From Octopus sinensis (taxonomy: Eukaryota): a DNA stretch of 64,000 nt. Made by a program: the position numbers and the translations under genes. The notes beneath the pieces are model-generated. The model saw only the letters and a program-made list of their open reading frames with translations. It was not told where the DNA came from and ran no database searches. Below, in pieces: positions 25,316 through 39,653 of the stretch. The stretch lies in the NCBI RefSeq assembly GCF_006345805.1, contig NC_042999.1, positions 13,082,001 through 13,146,000 of the forward strand. The letters run 5' to 3'. How positions within the stretch are numbered: position 1 is the stretch's first letter; every line of letters begins with the position of its first letter.

Positions 25316-28300
25316 TATTAGCTTTTCGTCGTTGTAGTTTTCGCAAATTGCATAGTTCAAAAGATAAACATCAAACAGGATATGTTCATTGTAAATTTTT
25401 TATTACGCATAAGATGCCAGTGGAACTGATTATCACACTGGTCTTCAATTCTCACCCAGAATTTAATTTCTATCAGTTGTGTATTCATATATTTGTCGGG
25501 TAGGTGTCCGTCCGATATAGTTGCATTCTCCTTGAAAACGTCGCATTTGCTATTTGCCGGATATAACATGCATAAAATATTCATATGATACAAAAACGAA
25601 CACCATACTCTATGCTGCTTAATTACACTTATTAAATTATCTCAGAGTACTCGGTCCTTGCTGACGCAAACGACAACGATCGGTGAATTTCTCAACAAAT
25701 AAATAGACATGTTCTGTTGTGTCTGGGGAGAGTCATTTTCTTTTTGTGCCTTAGCTGGCAGAAACGTTAGCACGCCGGGCGAAATGCGTAGCCGTATTTC
25801 GTCTGCCGTTACGTTCTGAGTTCAAATTCCGCCGAGGTCGACTTTGCCTTTCATCCTTTCGGGGTCGATAAAATTAAGTACCAGTTACGCACTGGGGTCG
25901 ATGTAATCGACTTAATCCGTTTGTCTGTCCTTGTTTATCCCCTCTGTGTTTAGCCCCTTGTGGGTAGTAAAGAAATATATAATATAACACACTCACCGGT
26001 ACAATTTCCACTTTTTTCCTATTTTTATTTTCCTAAAATTTTCGTTGCGTCTTGCAACCTTTTCGATAGTTTTGCAAGACGCAACGAAAATTTTAGGAAA
26101 ATAAAAATAAGTGACTGTGTTATATTATAAGGCACAAAAAGAAAATGACTCTCCCCAGACACAACAGAATATGCTTCAACACACGAACTCATATAAAGAA
26201 TCTTGCAAACCAAATCCAAAAACGAAATATAAAATAGCCATGTATGTTAATAAAGGGTGCGTGACAAGTAACTCTAGACAGGCGGTTGTCGTTAAACAAA
26301 GGGAGGTTATTCTAAATGTTTATGCAAAACGCGTTAGTTTCACTTTAAGACGCAAATCCTGTCATCCGAGTCCGCCCACCTTTGTTGGAAGAACGACCAG
26401 CCCTTCTACGTCACTTATATCTTTGGCGAACAAAAATAAATAAATATATAATGAAATGAACTTCCTTTGTTTTCTTCACTTTTAATCTGATTAAATACAG
26501 TACGATTCTTCCACCCGTGTAACAACTGAACGGAATATGCCGGCTACTACCATATCTGAATATTATATATATATATGAGAGAGAGAGAGAGTATGGGAGT
26601 AACTGCCGATGAGATTTTGTGAACTTTATGAAAAAAGGGGAAAGATGTTCTCCTGGGGCTTACAAGCTACAGTAGCATCCACCCTTAGTGGTTAGCCACA
26701 TTTACGTGACAAATATACTTCACTTTGACGTGCAAGCTACTGTTTATACCTCGTTCAGAGATTTATTATTTTAAAAAATTATTGTTGGTATTTAATGTGA
26801 GAGATGTTACTCGTCTCCTAAATGTTTATAACTACTTTATTCTAGTCGTACGATGCTAATGTTTCACCGAGGACTACATTAAAAATCAAACCAAACACCT
26901 CTTTTTTTTTTTTCTCACAAGCCACTGAAGGAGCTTCACGAGAACACTCGAGACGTAGTCAAGACGGTGAGCTCGCAACTGGCACACCTTTGATTATAAG
27001 TCTGAGTTGACCTTGAGTTAACATTAACAAAAGTTAACAAACGGATTAAGTCGATTACATTGACCCCAGTGCGTAACTGGTACTTAATTTATCGACCCCG
27101 AAAGGATGAAAGGCAAAGTCGACCTCGGCGGAATTTGAACTCAGATCGTAACGGCAGACGAAATACGGCTACGCATTTCGCCCAGCGTGCTAACGATTCT
27201 GCCAGCTCGCCGCCTTTTTGAATACACAAATATTCTTTTCTACTCTTGGCAGAAAGCTCGAAATTTTTAGGGAGGGGGCCAGTCGATTAGATCTGCCCCA
27301 GTAGGCAACTGGTACTTAATTTATCAACCCCCCCCCCCCCCCGAAAGGATGAAAGGCAAAGTTGATCTCGGCGGAATTTGAACTTAGAACGTAAAGACAC
27401 TCGAAACACCGCTAAGCATTTCGCCCGGCGTGCTAACGTTTCTTATTTCTTTGTTGCCCATAAGGGGCTAAACATAGAAGGGACAAACAAGGACAGACAA
27501 AGGGATTAAGTCGATTATATCGACCCCAGTGCGTAACTGGTACTTATTTAATCGACCCTGAAAGGATGAAAGGCAAAGTTGACCTCGGCAGAATTTGAAC
27601 TCAGAACGTAGCGGCAGACGAAATACTGTTAAGTATTTTACTCGGCGTGCTAACGATTCTGCCAGCTCGCCGCCTTAAGTCTTGTACATAACTCTTTATT
27701 CTGTCGACTTACGTCTTCATATTTGGTGGAATATTAGATGCACTCCAACTGAAGAAGTACATATTCTGTGATACAGACATAACTTATTTGCATGTTCAAC
27801 TTCACATATAGAACACAGGGTAATTTTTTGTTTTTTTTTTTTGTTTTGAGAAATTTATTTAAAAAAAGGGATCTTTTTGGTTTGAACGGCAGTTTTTTCT
27901 AGCGGTGTCATATGAAATTGTCACCCATAATTATGACCCTAGTATCGATCTATTGCATTTCAATCTGTTTTAGGGTTAGGGGTGGGGGAAGGGTATCTTT
28001 TTTTCTTCACAAATATAAATAAACCCAATCTGTTTCTTAAACGAGGGACATATTCATACGGCACAGAATGTTTTCACCTCAATAGACGTCATTGATTGGT
28101 TGAAATTGCAGAAATTGAAGAAAAAAACAACAAATATTTTACAAACTATAGAATTTTCTCGATAAAGCCAAGAGAAAAAAATGTTTTATAAACACATTCT
28201 ACCAATATATGAAGTTTAAAAGTGTTTAGTTACGTGGAAATTATTTTAAAATACTGCCGGTCAAACTGAAAAGATCCCCAAAAAGTAAAGTGTCTTATAT

Positions 28301-28527
28301 GCCTTCAAATACAGTATTTTTGGCTTGCTGTGATGACCATTGCCTCTCACTCAAGGTGTATTCTTCAAATGTCTTACAGAATGAAGTGAATTTTTTGTTA
28401 GGTTTGCAAAGATCAAACTGTAAGCTCAAAAGCTCTAGAGACAATAAGGGAAAATGTAATTAACAAATGTAATTGATAGAAATAGGATGCAAGTGACAAT
28501 AACCAAGTCTTTTGAAATATGACAGTA

Positions 28528-28907
28528 TCTCTCTATATATAAACGGCAGTTTGTCTGTGCGTGTTTCTGTGTGTCTGTTTTCTCGTACCCTCACCCTGAC
28601 CACGGCTTTCAACTGATTCTGATGAAACTTGACACACACATAGCCCAATGTCATACTTCAAAACTAACGCAAAGAAAATTTTGAAAAGTTCCCCCAGTTC
28701 TGAAAAAGATCGGTAAATTCGACATGGGGTCGACAATCAGAAACACAAATCACAGGGGACGCAACTCGACCTTTTTAACTATCAAAAAAAAAATTTACCA
28801 TCATTTTTTTTCCCATTTTTTTTTGCTATTTTTTGGCTATAACTCTCTAAAAATGCTTTATAGTTATTTCCCTTACAAACCCGAGCAACGCCGGGCGATA
28901 CTGCTAG
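28528..28907 (+). mobile_element. Non-autonomous Helitron
   Basis: A|TC start, CTAG|T end, subterminal hairpin CCCGAGCAACGCCGGG, no TSD. Confidence 0.85.
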
Positions 28908-31149
28908 TCAATAATAATTTACAATAATAGCTTTCTATCTGATTAATATTTCGTTTTTGGATTTGGTTTGCAAGATTCTCTATATGAGTTTGTGTGTTGA
29001 AATACAAGGCACAAAAAGAAAATGACTCTCTCCAGACACAACAGAATATCGGATTAATGCTTTTTTTTTGTTTTTGTTTTTTTATTTTTTGCGAGTTTCA
29101 TTTAGAAGCTTGACAGATCTGTTCTGCATCAACATGTCTCAAACTGCTAGATTGATAATGCCTGAGTCATGAGTTCAAAGACAGACTAATGCAACATATG
29201 GCTTTTTGAAATTACAACTATCACCTTTGTATAGGCAGGACAGCATTTCATGTTTACAGAACATAGTTATGCATAAAAATTATTTGCTTTCAACAAATCT
29301 TTCAACACTAGGATTTGAGTGTCTTATTTCAAATGATGAAATGAATTTTTGTTATAATAATTTTGTATTAAGTCTGGTTTAGTGACAAACACAGGTGATT
29401 TTGTATTAGCAAAATCTCTCTATATATAAACAGCAAAATGTCTGCGTGTGTATCCTTTATAAAAATCCACAATTTTTCAGTTAGAGGGCTCGCACTTTCT
29501 ATGGTCATTCAAAACCGTCCAAGGGTGGTCGTGCACATCTTTACATTTCCCCAGTCACCCCGCAAAGCCATTAAAAAATCAATAGAAGTGACTTTTTTGT
29601 GAATTTTCTATCCAAAACCCAATCAAAATGCCTGAAACTTGCTACGCCAATTGAATGCCAGCTAGCTGTATGTGATTGGTCGGAGATTTGGACAGTACTC
29701 ACGTGTATGTGCGCACGCATGCAGCTGTATATGCATGCACTAGCACTATGACCCTGTGGGGAAGGCATAAACAGGAAAAGAATTCCAGAGAACTGTTCTA
29801 GGAAAAAAAGACTAAGTATAGCAATTAGTGGAGGCCTTGAAAGTTTGGACCCAACAAGTGTGTGTGTGTTAATGTTTGTTTTTGTGATTTTCATCATCGT
29901 CATCATCATTGTTTAATGTCTGCTTTCCATACTGGCGTGGGTTGGACGGTTTGACTGAGGTCTGGCAAGCCAGAGGGCTGCAATTTGATCTGGCAATGTT
30001 TCTACAGCTGGATGCCCTCCGTAACACCAACTACTCCGAGAGTGTAGTGGATGCTTTTTACATGCCACTGGCATGGGGTGCTAGTCAGGGGGCTTGGACA
30101 TTTTTACGTGCCACTGGCATGGGAGCCAATCAGGGGCATTCAGTTATAATAAAAACATGTATTGGCCTTTTTTTTCTCTTGATTCAAAGTAAACTTACTC
30201 TTTGCTGTTCTTTAGCCTCACTTCAACCCTGATTAAATGCAGTTGTGTTGAAAGACGTTCCATTCATGACCATTCTGTCTTTTTGTATAACAGCACCTTT
30301 ACCAACCAAGCTTGTTGTCTTGGGAGGGTCATTACGCCAATAATAACAACAACAACAACACATGCATTGGTTCAGTATCACTTCTTTACTGTTAGTCAAT
30401 TGGTTTAATATCCAAATCAACTAACTAATCAATCATTTGTTTAATGTTCTTTATTTAAGATGGTTGAGGGTATGATTTGAGGGAGATTTGATTGCTATTT
30501 TCAGCTTGTTGTTTGACCACATTGACACTCCTTTGTTAAAGTTCAACCAGCATACATTTATGTTACATCATGTGGTAGTGGTGGTCGTGGTGGGAGATAT
30601 TATTAGGCAGTATTCAGCAGACAGACCAGACGTCTGCCAGAATTCACTCCCCCCTCTCTCTCTCTCTCTCTTTCTCTTTTTTTTTTTCATTATTATTATT
30701 TCAGAGAAGTGATTGGTGCAAGAAGTGGTCTGAGGTATAAGTTTACTTTTGTTTCGTTCCTTCAGAAAGGTGGTTGGTGTAAGAGGCAGGCGTGAGGTAT
30801 GGAGTTATTTAGAGTGGATGTGATGGGGGAGGCGGGCGCGAGAGGAAGGGCTGGCAGCATTTCAGTTACATAAACTTCAGGATAATAACGATATCACCTC
30901 AGAATCTGTGTGTGTGTGTTGGCGTCTGCATAGATATGAAAGCTGATCTCCAGTCATTAAAAAAAGTTATTCTGTTGAATGTATGAATATATATTCAGGT
31001 TCATCTTGTCACTGATGACATTTATAGAAAGGTATGTGTGTGTGTTAATACATACATACGTACATACATACATACAGGTGTATGCACACACACACAAACA
31101 CATTCATATTTTGGCAGTGCACATAACCACAATAAACAGTAAAAGTGTA

Positions 31150-31600
31150 TTATGTGTGTGTGTGTATGTATGCATGCATGTATGTATGTGTTTATGGTAT
31201 GTATGTATGCATGCATGTATGTATTTATGGTGTGTATATATGCATGTGTGTATGTGTTTATGGTATGTGTGTATGTATGCATCCATGTATGTTTATGGTG
31301 TGTATGTATGCATGTATGTGTTTATGGTATGTGTGTATATATATGCATGTATGTGTTCATAGTATGTATGTATGCATGTATGTGTTGATGGTATGTATGT
31401 ATGCATGTATGTGTTTATGGTGTGTTTGTATGTATGCATGTATGTGTTTATGGTGTGTATGTATGTGTTTATGGTATGTGTATGTATGTAAGCATGTACG
31501 TATGTGTTTATGGTATGTATGTATGTATGCATGTAAGTTTTTACATATGTGTGTATGCATGTACGTACATCTGTGCACACGTGTGTGTATGTGTGTGTGT
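31150..31600. repeat. TG/TATG-based minisatellite (unit roughly GTGTTTATGGTATGTATGTATGCATGTAT)
   Basis: Repeated TTTATGGT anchors in a TATG/TG background. Confidence 0.9.
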
Positions 31601-32079
31601 GAGACGTTTTGGCACAGCCATTTCGGTGCTGCATAATTGACATCACTGATTCAGAACTGACTTATTTGACATCAGATGTTTTAGTGTCTCTCTCATTCTC
31701 TCCTTCTTTCTTTCTCATATTCTACCCCCATCTCTATGCATATTTCTTTGCGTGCACACGTGTGCATGTATGTGCGCACCTCCTATTCCAAAACACACTA
31801 TTACCAAAACAGGCTGCATGTCCAAACAGCCATGCCTAGTTGTCTCATTCTTTGCAGAAAAACCTTAGAAACCAGTGATTTTTATTCATATTCTTCCGAC
31901 ATGGCACCACCATTATTTCTGCCAAATGGATTTTCACTTTACCATCCGGCAATCGCTTTAATTGAAACCTTTGGTAGTCATGTTGTAATATTATGAAGAA
32001 ATCCATTTATAGATATTCGGTGCTCAACATCAGGATTTCCATAATTGCGATCTGGCATAATTCCAGATCAGGGTATATG

Positions 32080-32450
32080 TGCACACACAAGCATAAACAT
32101 GAATGCACACACACACACAAGCACAAACACACAAACACACATGCACTCAAACAAGTACATGCATGCACACAAGCACATGCGCACAAATACACAAACACAC
32201 ACATGTACACACACAAACACACACATATAAACACACACAGACACAAACACAAGTACACACACAAACACAAGTACACACACAAACACAAGTACACACACAC
32301 AAACACACACATATAAACACACACAAACACACACATATAAACACACACACAACACACATACACAAGCACACACATATATAAACACACACAAGTACACACA
32401 CACAAACACACAACACACACACATGCATATAAACACACACACACACACAA
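32080..32450. repeat. Degenerate (CA)n-rich microsatellite
   Basis: Direct inspection. Confidence 0.9.
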
Positions 32451-33453
32451 AATCCCCCTCACCTGTTCTTTCTCTGTCTCTCTCTCTCTCTCTCAGGTAG
32501 CCCTGTATTTCATCTCCTGTAACATTCCTATTTCTTTGCCTCTACCCATACAGTAACTCGTCATCTGGCACAAAGCTACCTTCCTCCATATCACCCACAC
32601 ACTCACACATACACACACATGGACATACACACACACATACATGCACACACACAGACGTAAATGAGAGTCACCTTCATACAAGCAGTGTTTTCAATTCCAA
32701 TCTTTGTGTATGTATGTATATGTGTGTGTATACAGTTCTCAAATACATATTATAAATTTTTATGTCTTTAACCATGTATGTGGGTGTGAGTGAAGGAGAG
32801 AAAGGGAGAGAGAGAGAGAAAGGGGGAGGAAGGAGAGGGGGAGATAATGAGTATTGGTGAGATATGATCTAGCAATTTTCTCAAACCCGACTTATGTCAC
32901 ATTCAGGTGACCCAGTCCTTTTTCGAGAAAATTCCTAGCCATGATTGATTAGAAGTTACACTGATATGCAAAGAATGTTAGGAAAATATAGAAGCTGATT
33001 ATATCACAAACAGGAGTTGAATAGTTGTGTGTTAGACTCAGAAGAAATTGCAGATGTAGGGTTGTTAAATACTGTGATTTAGTGTCCAAAGGTCTCGTGG
33101 CAATTGCTTGTTTTTCTCTTTATTTATTTGGTCGTACAAATTCAGAATTAGCCATATGAAGTATTTTTTCTTTTGAAATAATTAATTTCCGTCAAGGGTA
33201 AAATTTATAAAAGCCTTTTAATATTATTTTTTAGTTTGGAAGAATTTGTTGAGTGGATGACAAAAATGAAAATGATTTGTGTTATTTAGATTATATTCTT
33301 TTACAATGTTAGCTTTGCTTTCATTTCATTCCTCTTGAGTTGAAAATATTACAAGTTAAGTACTGGAAATGATTAAATAAAATATGAAAATATATATATT
33401 TTATACACCAAAATTTCAGTTATTGTGTCTGTATTAGAAATCCAATTTTTTTT

Positions 33454-33500
<47 letters not shown>

Positions 33501-36500
33501 GGTGCCCTGGGAATGCTAGGAAAAGGGGCTGATTGCTACCTAGCTCAGATACCAGGAAACCCCAAAATGGCAAAATTTCAAAAGATAGTGTTCATGGGAA
33601 CTGTCCATATCCTACACAAAATACTTTCTATGTAATCTCTCAAGTTTTAAAACAAACTCATAATTTTTGTATGTTTTTTTTAGACATTCACTAGTACAAC
33701 ACTCAGTACAAAACCAAATAGATGGCACCCTAGGCATAACACCAACATGAACTTTTAACTTGTTGTCTCATGATGTCTATGGGTGAGACTTGGAGCCAAC
33801 TTGTACAAATGTAAAGCAAAAGTCAAACATTAAATAATAATGATGATGATGATGATGATGATAATAATAATAATGATGATTGTGGTGGTGATGATCAAAA
33901 TGAAAAAGAAGTGAACTACAACCAGTGCATGTATTTTCATTGCAAGAATGACCCTCCCAAAGTACATTATCTGTTTCAACTCCTGATTTCTCATCATGAA
34001 TTTTGCCAAACAAAATGTAAAAGGAAATGTTATTGTTATTGCTTTTAGAGATCCATGGACTGTTGGACAAACTACTCGGTTGTATCTAACTGATAACATA
34101 GAGTTAAATTCTATGTTAAGATCTTCTCTGTTTTTACTTTTCATTTTTTATACAAAGTCAGTGGAATGGGCATCAATCAGGTAATGGATTAATATAATTG
34201 ATTATTCCTTCCCACAAAGATTTTTTACATTGTAGCTATGCTCTGTAAACAAGAGGAACGGATTGGCAAGATGATGAAAATGATGATTAGAATGTCTTGT
34301 AGTGTTTATGTTAGGTGTTCAAATTTCACCAATGTTTAGTTTGCTTTTTCATACTTCCAGGAGTCAAAAATATAAAGTATTAGTTAAGTGCTGACATCTG
34401 ATCATCGTCATCGTTTAATGCCCACTTTCCATGCTGGCATGGGTTGGACGGTTTGACTAAAAACTGGTAAACCAGGAAGCTGCACCATGTTCCAATCTGA
34501 TTTGGCAAGATTTCTACGGCTGGATGCTATTCTTAATGCCAACCACTCCAAGAGTGTAGTGGATGCTTTTTATATGCCACCAGCATTACCCCAGCATTGG
34601 CTACCACTACGATCTCACTTGGCTTGACAGGTCAACAAGAGCACGGTATATCGCCAAGGATCTCAGTCACCTGTCACTGCCTTTTTGAGGTCCAGTGCTT
34701 GTATGGTACTTTTTACATGCCACTGGCATGGGTGCCTGTCAGATGGCACTGGCTTTGGCCACAACGATGCTAAATATACCCTTTCCTATATAAGGCGGTG
34801 AGCTGGCAGAAACGTTAGCACACTGGGCGAAATGCGTAGCTGTATTTTGTCTGCCATTATGTTCTGGATTCAAATTCCGCTGAAGTCGACTTTGCCTTTC
34901 ATCCTTTTGGGGTCGATTAAATAAGTACCAGTTATGCACTGGGGTCGATATAATCAATTTAATCTGTTTGTCCTTGTTTGTCCCCTCTGTGTGTAGCTCC
35001 TTGTGGACAGTAAAGAAACAGGTATTTCATCTGCCGTTACATTCTGAGTTCAAATTCCGCCAAGGTCAACTTTGCCTTTCATCTTTTCAGGGTTGATAAA
35101 TTAAGTACCAGTTACGCACTGGGGTTGATGTAATCAACTTAATCCCTTTGTTTGTCCCCTCTATGTTTAGCCCCTTGTGAACAATAAAGAAATATGAATA
35201 TACCCTTTCCTCACAATGCCTGACCTTGTGTTTATATTATTAGGTGACAGGAAGGCGGCAAACTGGCAAAGTCATTAGCATGCCAGGAAAGCTGCTTGGT
35301 GGTATTTCATCTGTCTTTATGTTCTGAGTTCAAATTCTACTGAGGTGAACTTCACTTTTTGTCCTTTTGGGGGTCGATGAAATAATTAACAGTTGAACAT
35401 TGGGGGTCAGTATAATCAACTAGCCCTTCCCCCAAAATTTCAGGTCTTGTGCCTTCAATAGAAAGGGTTAGGTGACAGCGGATTTGATGTCATTTGTACA
35501 TCAGATAATATGCGTTGTGATATTCAATTACAACTGCATTCTGAGTTCAAATCTTGCCAGGGTTAGCTGAATCAATAAAGTGACAAACAAAATATTTTGT
35601 AGCATTTAGTTCCATACCTTTAAATTCTGAGTTCAAATTGGCTTGAGTCAGCTTTGTCCTTCACTTTTTGGGAATTTTTGACCAATTTAGGAAGGGCGTC
35701 CAGTTGAAGAAACACTGCCAGATCAGACTGGAGCCTGGTGCAGCCTCCTGGCTTTCCAGACCCTGGTCAAACATTCCAACACATGCTAGCATGGAAAACG
35801 GACGTTAAACGATGATGATGATGATGAAGAACAATTATGATTTGATATGTACCTTGTGTTATTAATTGTTTTAGGTTCCTCCCTGTGTTGTTGTTAGCAG
35901 ATGTAGACACTTTTTTCACCCACACCTACCCATTGACATGGTAGCACATCTGGAATATCACAGCTGAAGTGGGGAGATGGAGAGAGAAAGAGTGGTGAGA
36001 GAGAAAGGTGGGGGAGAGCTGTTCCAGCATCCACCAGGTAACCATTTTTAGCTGAGTAGACTGGTCTACCATAAAATAAAGTGCCTTGCTCAAGGACACT
36101 GTGCACTGATGTCATGTGCCTGAGATGAACACCCTCACCATTATACCTATTTCTTTACTACCCACAAGGGGCTAAACACAGAGGGGACAAACAAGAACAG
36201 ACGAACAGATTAAGTCGATTACATCGACCCCAGTGCGTAACTGGTACTTAATTTATCGACCCCGATAGGATGAAAGGCAAAGTTGACCTCGGACGAATTT
36301 GAACTCTGAACGTAAAGACAGATGAAATACGGCTACGCATTTCACCCAGCATGCTAACGATTCTGCTAGCTCGCCCCCCTCCACACCATTATCCCTTCTG
36401 GAAATGATAAAATGAAAATACCAGTCAGATACTGGGGTTGATTTACTCAGCTCTGTTCTCTCTCCAAAAACATGCGATTTTCTGTCTGTGTTAGAAATCA

Positions 36501-37352
36501 TTATTAATGTTTATAACAAAGCATTAATTCACTTAATGTAGCAAGCACGATATCTTCAGATATCTTCAATTAGCTGAGACTGTTGTTGTTAAGAGGATAG
36601 ATTAAGTGGTCTGTCGCCAACAAGATAGGACTATAAATTAGCTTTAGGTTTTAGTTGAAATCAATTTAGTTCTCTTGTTATTACTAGTGACTAAAAACTG
36701 ATTACCCATTCTCTATCTCATTCTTCTACCATATTGATTTATTACCTTGAACAAGTTACAACACATATCGGTACAGCTCAAAGAAAGAATATAGATACCC
36801 CTTCAGTTAATCAACACTAGTGTTTCTCAACCGTTTTCTTACCAATAGACCCCTTTGGTTCCTGTTTTACTTGGATGGACCCTCATAGCCAATTTGTTTT
36901 AAAATTCCTTTTATATTCTTTTATTCTTCTGTGTCGCAGAATCAGCCCTCTCAAAAGTACCTTGGATTGTAGGGTGACATATTGAGGAGACCTATTGAGT
37001 CAAGTACATCAAAATCAAATGGAAATTGTAGTTGTGGTCCCCGAGCAGGTGACACATAAAAAGCACCATCCACACTACTATTTTATAATAAAATACCAGG
37101 AAATGCATAAAAAAATTGTTAAAATATTTTGTATATTATAGAAGCTAAACCAGTTTATTGCATATAAATTCTAACAACAAGATCTTATAAGGACCCCTGA
37201 AGGTCTTACGAACCCCAGTTGAGGATCACTGATCTAGACTATATCAAGGTGATATGAAGCAAATGCTTTAGGTCAGGAGGTAGCAAGTTATGTATGGTCA
37301 GTGGGCCTCATATCATTAGACCTGCTGACTTTATTGAATATATGGTTCTGCA

Positions 37353-37651
37353 CAGTGGTGGTCTGGGTCTAAAAATATTGGTTGCCTGGAGACTAAGGGG
37401 GCCCACCCGTAACTACAGTGCTATCATTTATTTATTATTATTTTTTTTTTGTTAAAAGTATTCTTTTCAACTGTCTACAAACACAGCAAGGCTGAAACAA
37501 TTGATGCATTTTCCAGGAGTGAATAAAAAAATTCTCAAACTTGAGAGGATGGGCCCCTTAGATACTAACATGGGCCTCCATATATGGATTCTAATGGTGC
37601 AGGGGCCCACTTGCCATTGGGCAAGCTGGCAACCTGGTCAATCCACCATTG
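37353..37651. mobile_element. hAT MITE
   Basis: CAGTGGTGG / CCACCATTG termini; 8-bp TSD GTTCTGCA / ATTCTGCA; GGGGCCC subterminal motifs. Confidence 0.7.
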
Positions 37652-38899
37652 ATTCTGCATGTAAAACTTATTTGTTTTGTTTATCAATCTTCAATTAATA
37701 AACAATAAAATTCAATATTGAAAACTTAAAGCAAGAGATAGGTTTCATTTTTTACAGTGGCACAAATAAATCAATGTTTCATATTTATTACAAAAATTGA
37801 AGTGGAGTTCCTTGGTTAAAAAGTTACTGTGTTCTATCATCATCATCATCATCATCATCATCATCGTTTAACGTCTGTTTTCCATGCTAGCATGGGTTGG
37901 ATGGTTCAACTGGGGTCTGAGAAGCCAGGAGGCTGCACCAGGCTCCAGTCTGATCTGGCAGTGTTTCTACAGCTGGATGCCCTTCCTAATGCCAAACACT
38001 CCGTGAGGTGTAGTGGGTGCTTTTTACGTGCCACCGGCACAGGTGCCAGGGGAGGCAGGCAACGGCTACGATTGGTTGGTGCATTTTACATGTCACTGGC
38101 ACGGAAGCCAGTCAAGGCTGCGCTGGCATCAGCCACGTTCGGATGGTGCTTTGTATGTGCCAGCAGCACAGGTATCAGAACTACAATTTCCATTTGAATT
38201 TTATTTTGATGTTAGGGAAAGTTTTAGTAGTAAATGCTTACACTTGCCCAGATAAATTCAACAACAGGGACTAACAGCATCTAATATGTTGTCACTATAT
38301 AGTTTGTATCAATGGTTCCCAACCATTTTTTTAAACCTATGGATCTTTTGATTCCTGTTCTACTCAGGTGGAACCTCATAGCCATTCAATACTTAAAAAA
38401 TCCTGATATATATTTAGAATTAAATATTATTAAGAATTATATAAAAAAAAATTGTGAAAATATTTTGCATATTGTAAAGCAGGTGGCACGTAAAAAGCAC
38501 CCACTACACTCACGGAGTGGTTGGCGTTAGGAAGGGCATCCAGCTGTAGAAACACTGCCAGATAAGACTGGAGCCTGGTGCAGCCTTCTGGCTTCCCAGA
38601 TCCCCGGTCGAACCGTCCAACCCATGCTAGCATGGACAACGGACGTTAAACGATGATGATGATGATGATGTAAAGGTATAACTAATTTATTACTCTTTTA
38701 CTTGTTTCAGTCATTTGGCTGCAGCCATGCTGGAGCACTGCCTTTAGTCAAACAAATTGACCCCAGGACTTATTCTTTGTAAGCCTTGTACTTATTCTAT
38801 TGGTCTCTTTTGCCAAACTGCTAAGCTACTGGGACATAAACACACCAACATCGGTTGTCAAGCGATGGTGGTGGAACAAACACAGACACACAAGCATAT

Positions 38900-39150
38900 A
38901 CCTATACCTCCCCTTCTCCCTAGCTCTCCTGTATGACCCTTCTGTCCAGTATTCACCATGATAAATCGTTAGCCACTATGCATTCCTTATTTTCTCTCCT
39001 TGTTCTTTTTTCTCTGTTCCTTTCTGTAGAAGAGCGTAGGCTCAAAATGTTAAATACTTTTCACTTCCCGAGCGTTATACTAATACATCTGTTTGTTGTC
39101 TACACCACCTGTTTTCACCTTTTGTTTTTTTTTTTTTGTGAATTCTTCAC
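38900..39150 (+). mobile_element. Penelope-like pseudo-LTR with decayed hammerhead (39020-39055)
   Basis: CTTT-CTGTAGA-A-GAGC gtag GCTC-aAAAtGTT-AAAt; homologous to 8470-8632. Confidence 0.6.
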
Positions 39151-39158
39151 TTTATATA

Positions 39159-39653
39159 TCTATATATATAAAACTGTAGTTGTGTGAGTGTCGGTCCCCT
39201 TCGATTTAGATTCCTAACTACTCCCACATTTTGCGGTGCAGTTTAACCAAATTCGGGGATCTTATAGTCGTGATTCATATCGCGCGCGTCTACGATGAGT
39301 CTACGATTTTAAAAATAATTTAACATCATTTTTTATTCCATTTTAATGCATAATTTTTTGTGTGTTGATGGCGGCGGAGTTGGCGTCCATGGTCACACCT
39401 GCACCTGTTTGCTTCTCCCCCTTCTTCCCTCCCTCATGAAGCTGTGGGGAAGGGAGTGTAAGGAAATCAACCTCGTAAAGCGTTGTCAAGGAGACCAGCG
39501 TTCTTTTAGAACAACGACTTCATGGCTTGAAGACACCAAAACAGAAATGGCTAAGAAAGCCCGAATTGGCATCTATAAGGGAAGTAACTCTCTAAAAATG
39601 CTTATATAGTTATTTCCCTTACAAATCCGAGCAACGCCGGGCGATACTGCTAG
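39159..39653 (+). mobile_element. Non-autonomous Helitron, different interior, same 3' end as 28528-28907
   Basis: TC start inside (TA)n; ends CCGAGCAACGCCGGGCGATACTGCTAG|T. Confidence 0.8.

Noticed and set aside
27969-27982. TTAGGG repeats as an interstitial telomere
   Set aside because: Only two units, and they are internal to a MITE.
30979-32681. Cluster of Cys/Val/His/Thr-rich ORFs
   Set aside because: Products of (TG)n/(CA)n repeats.
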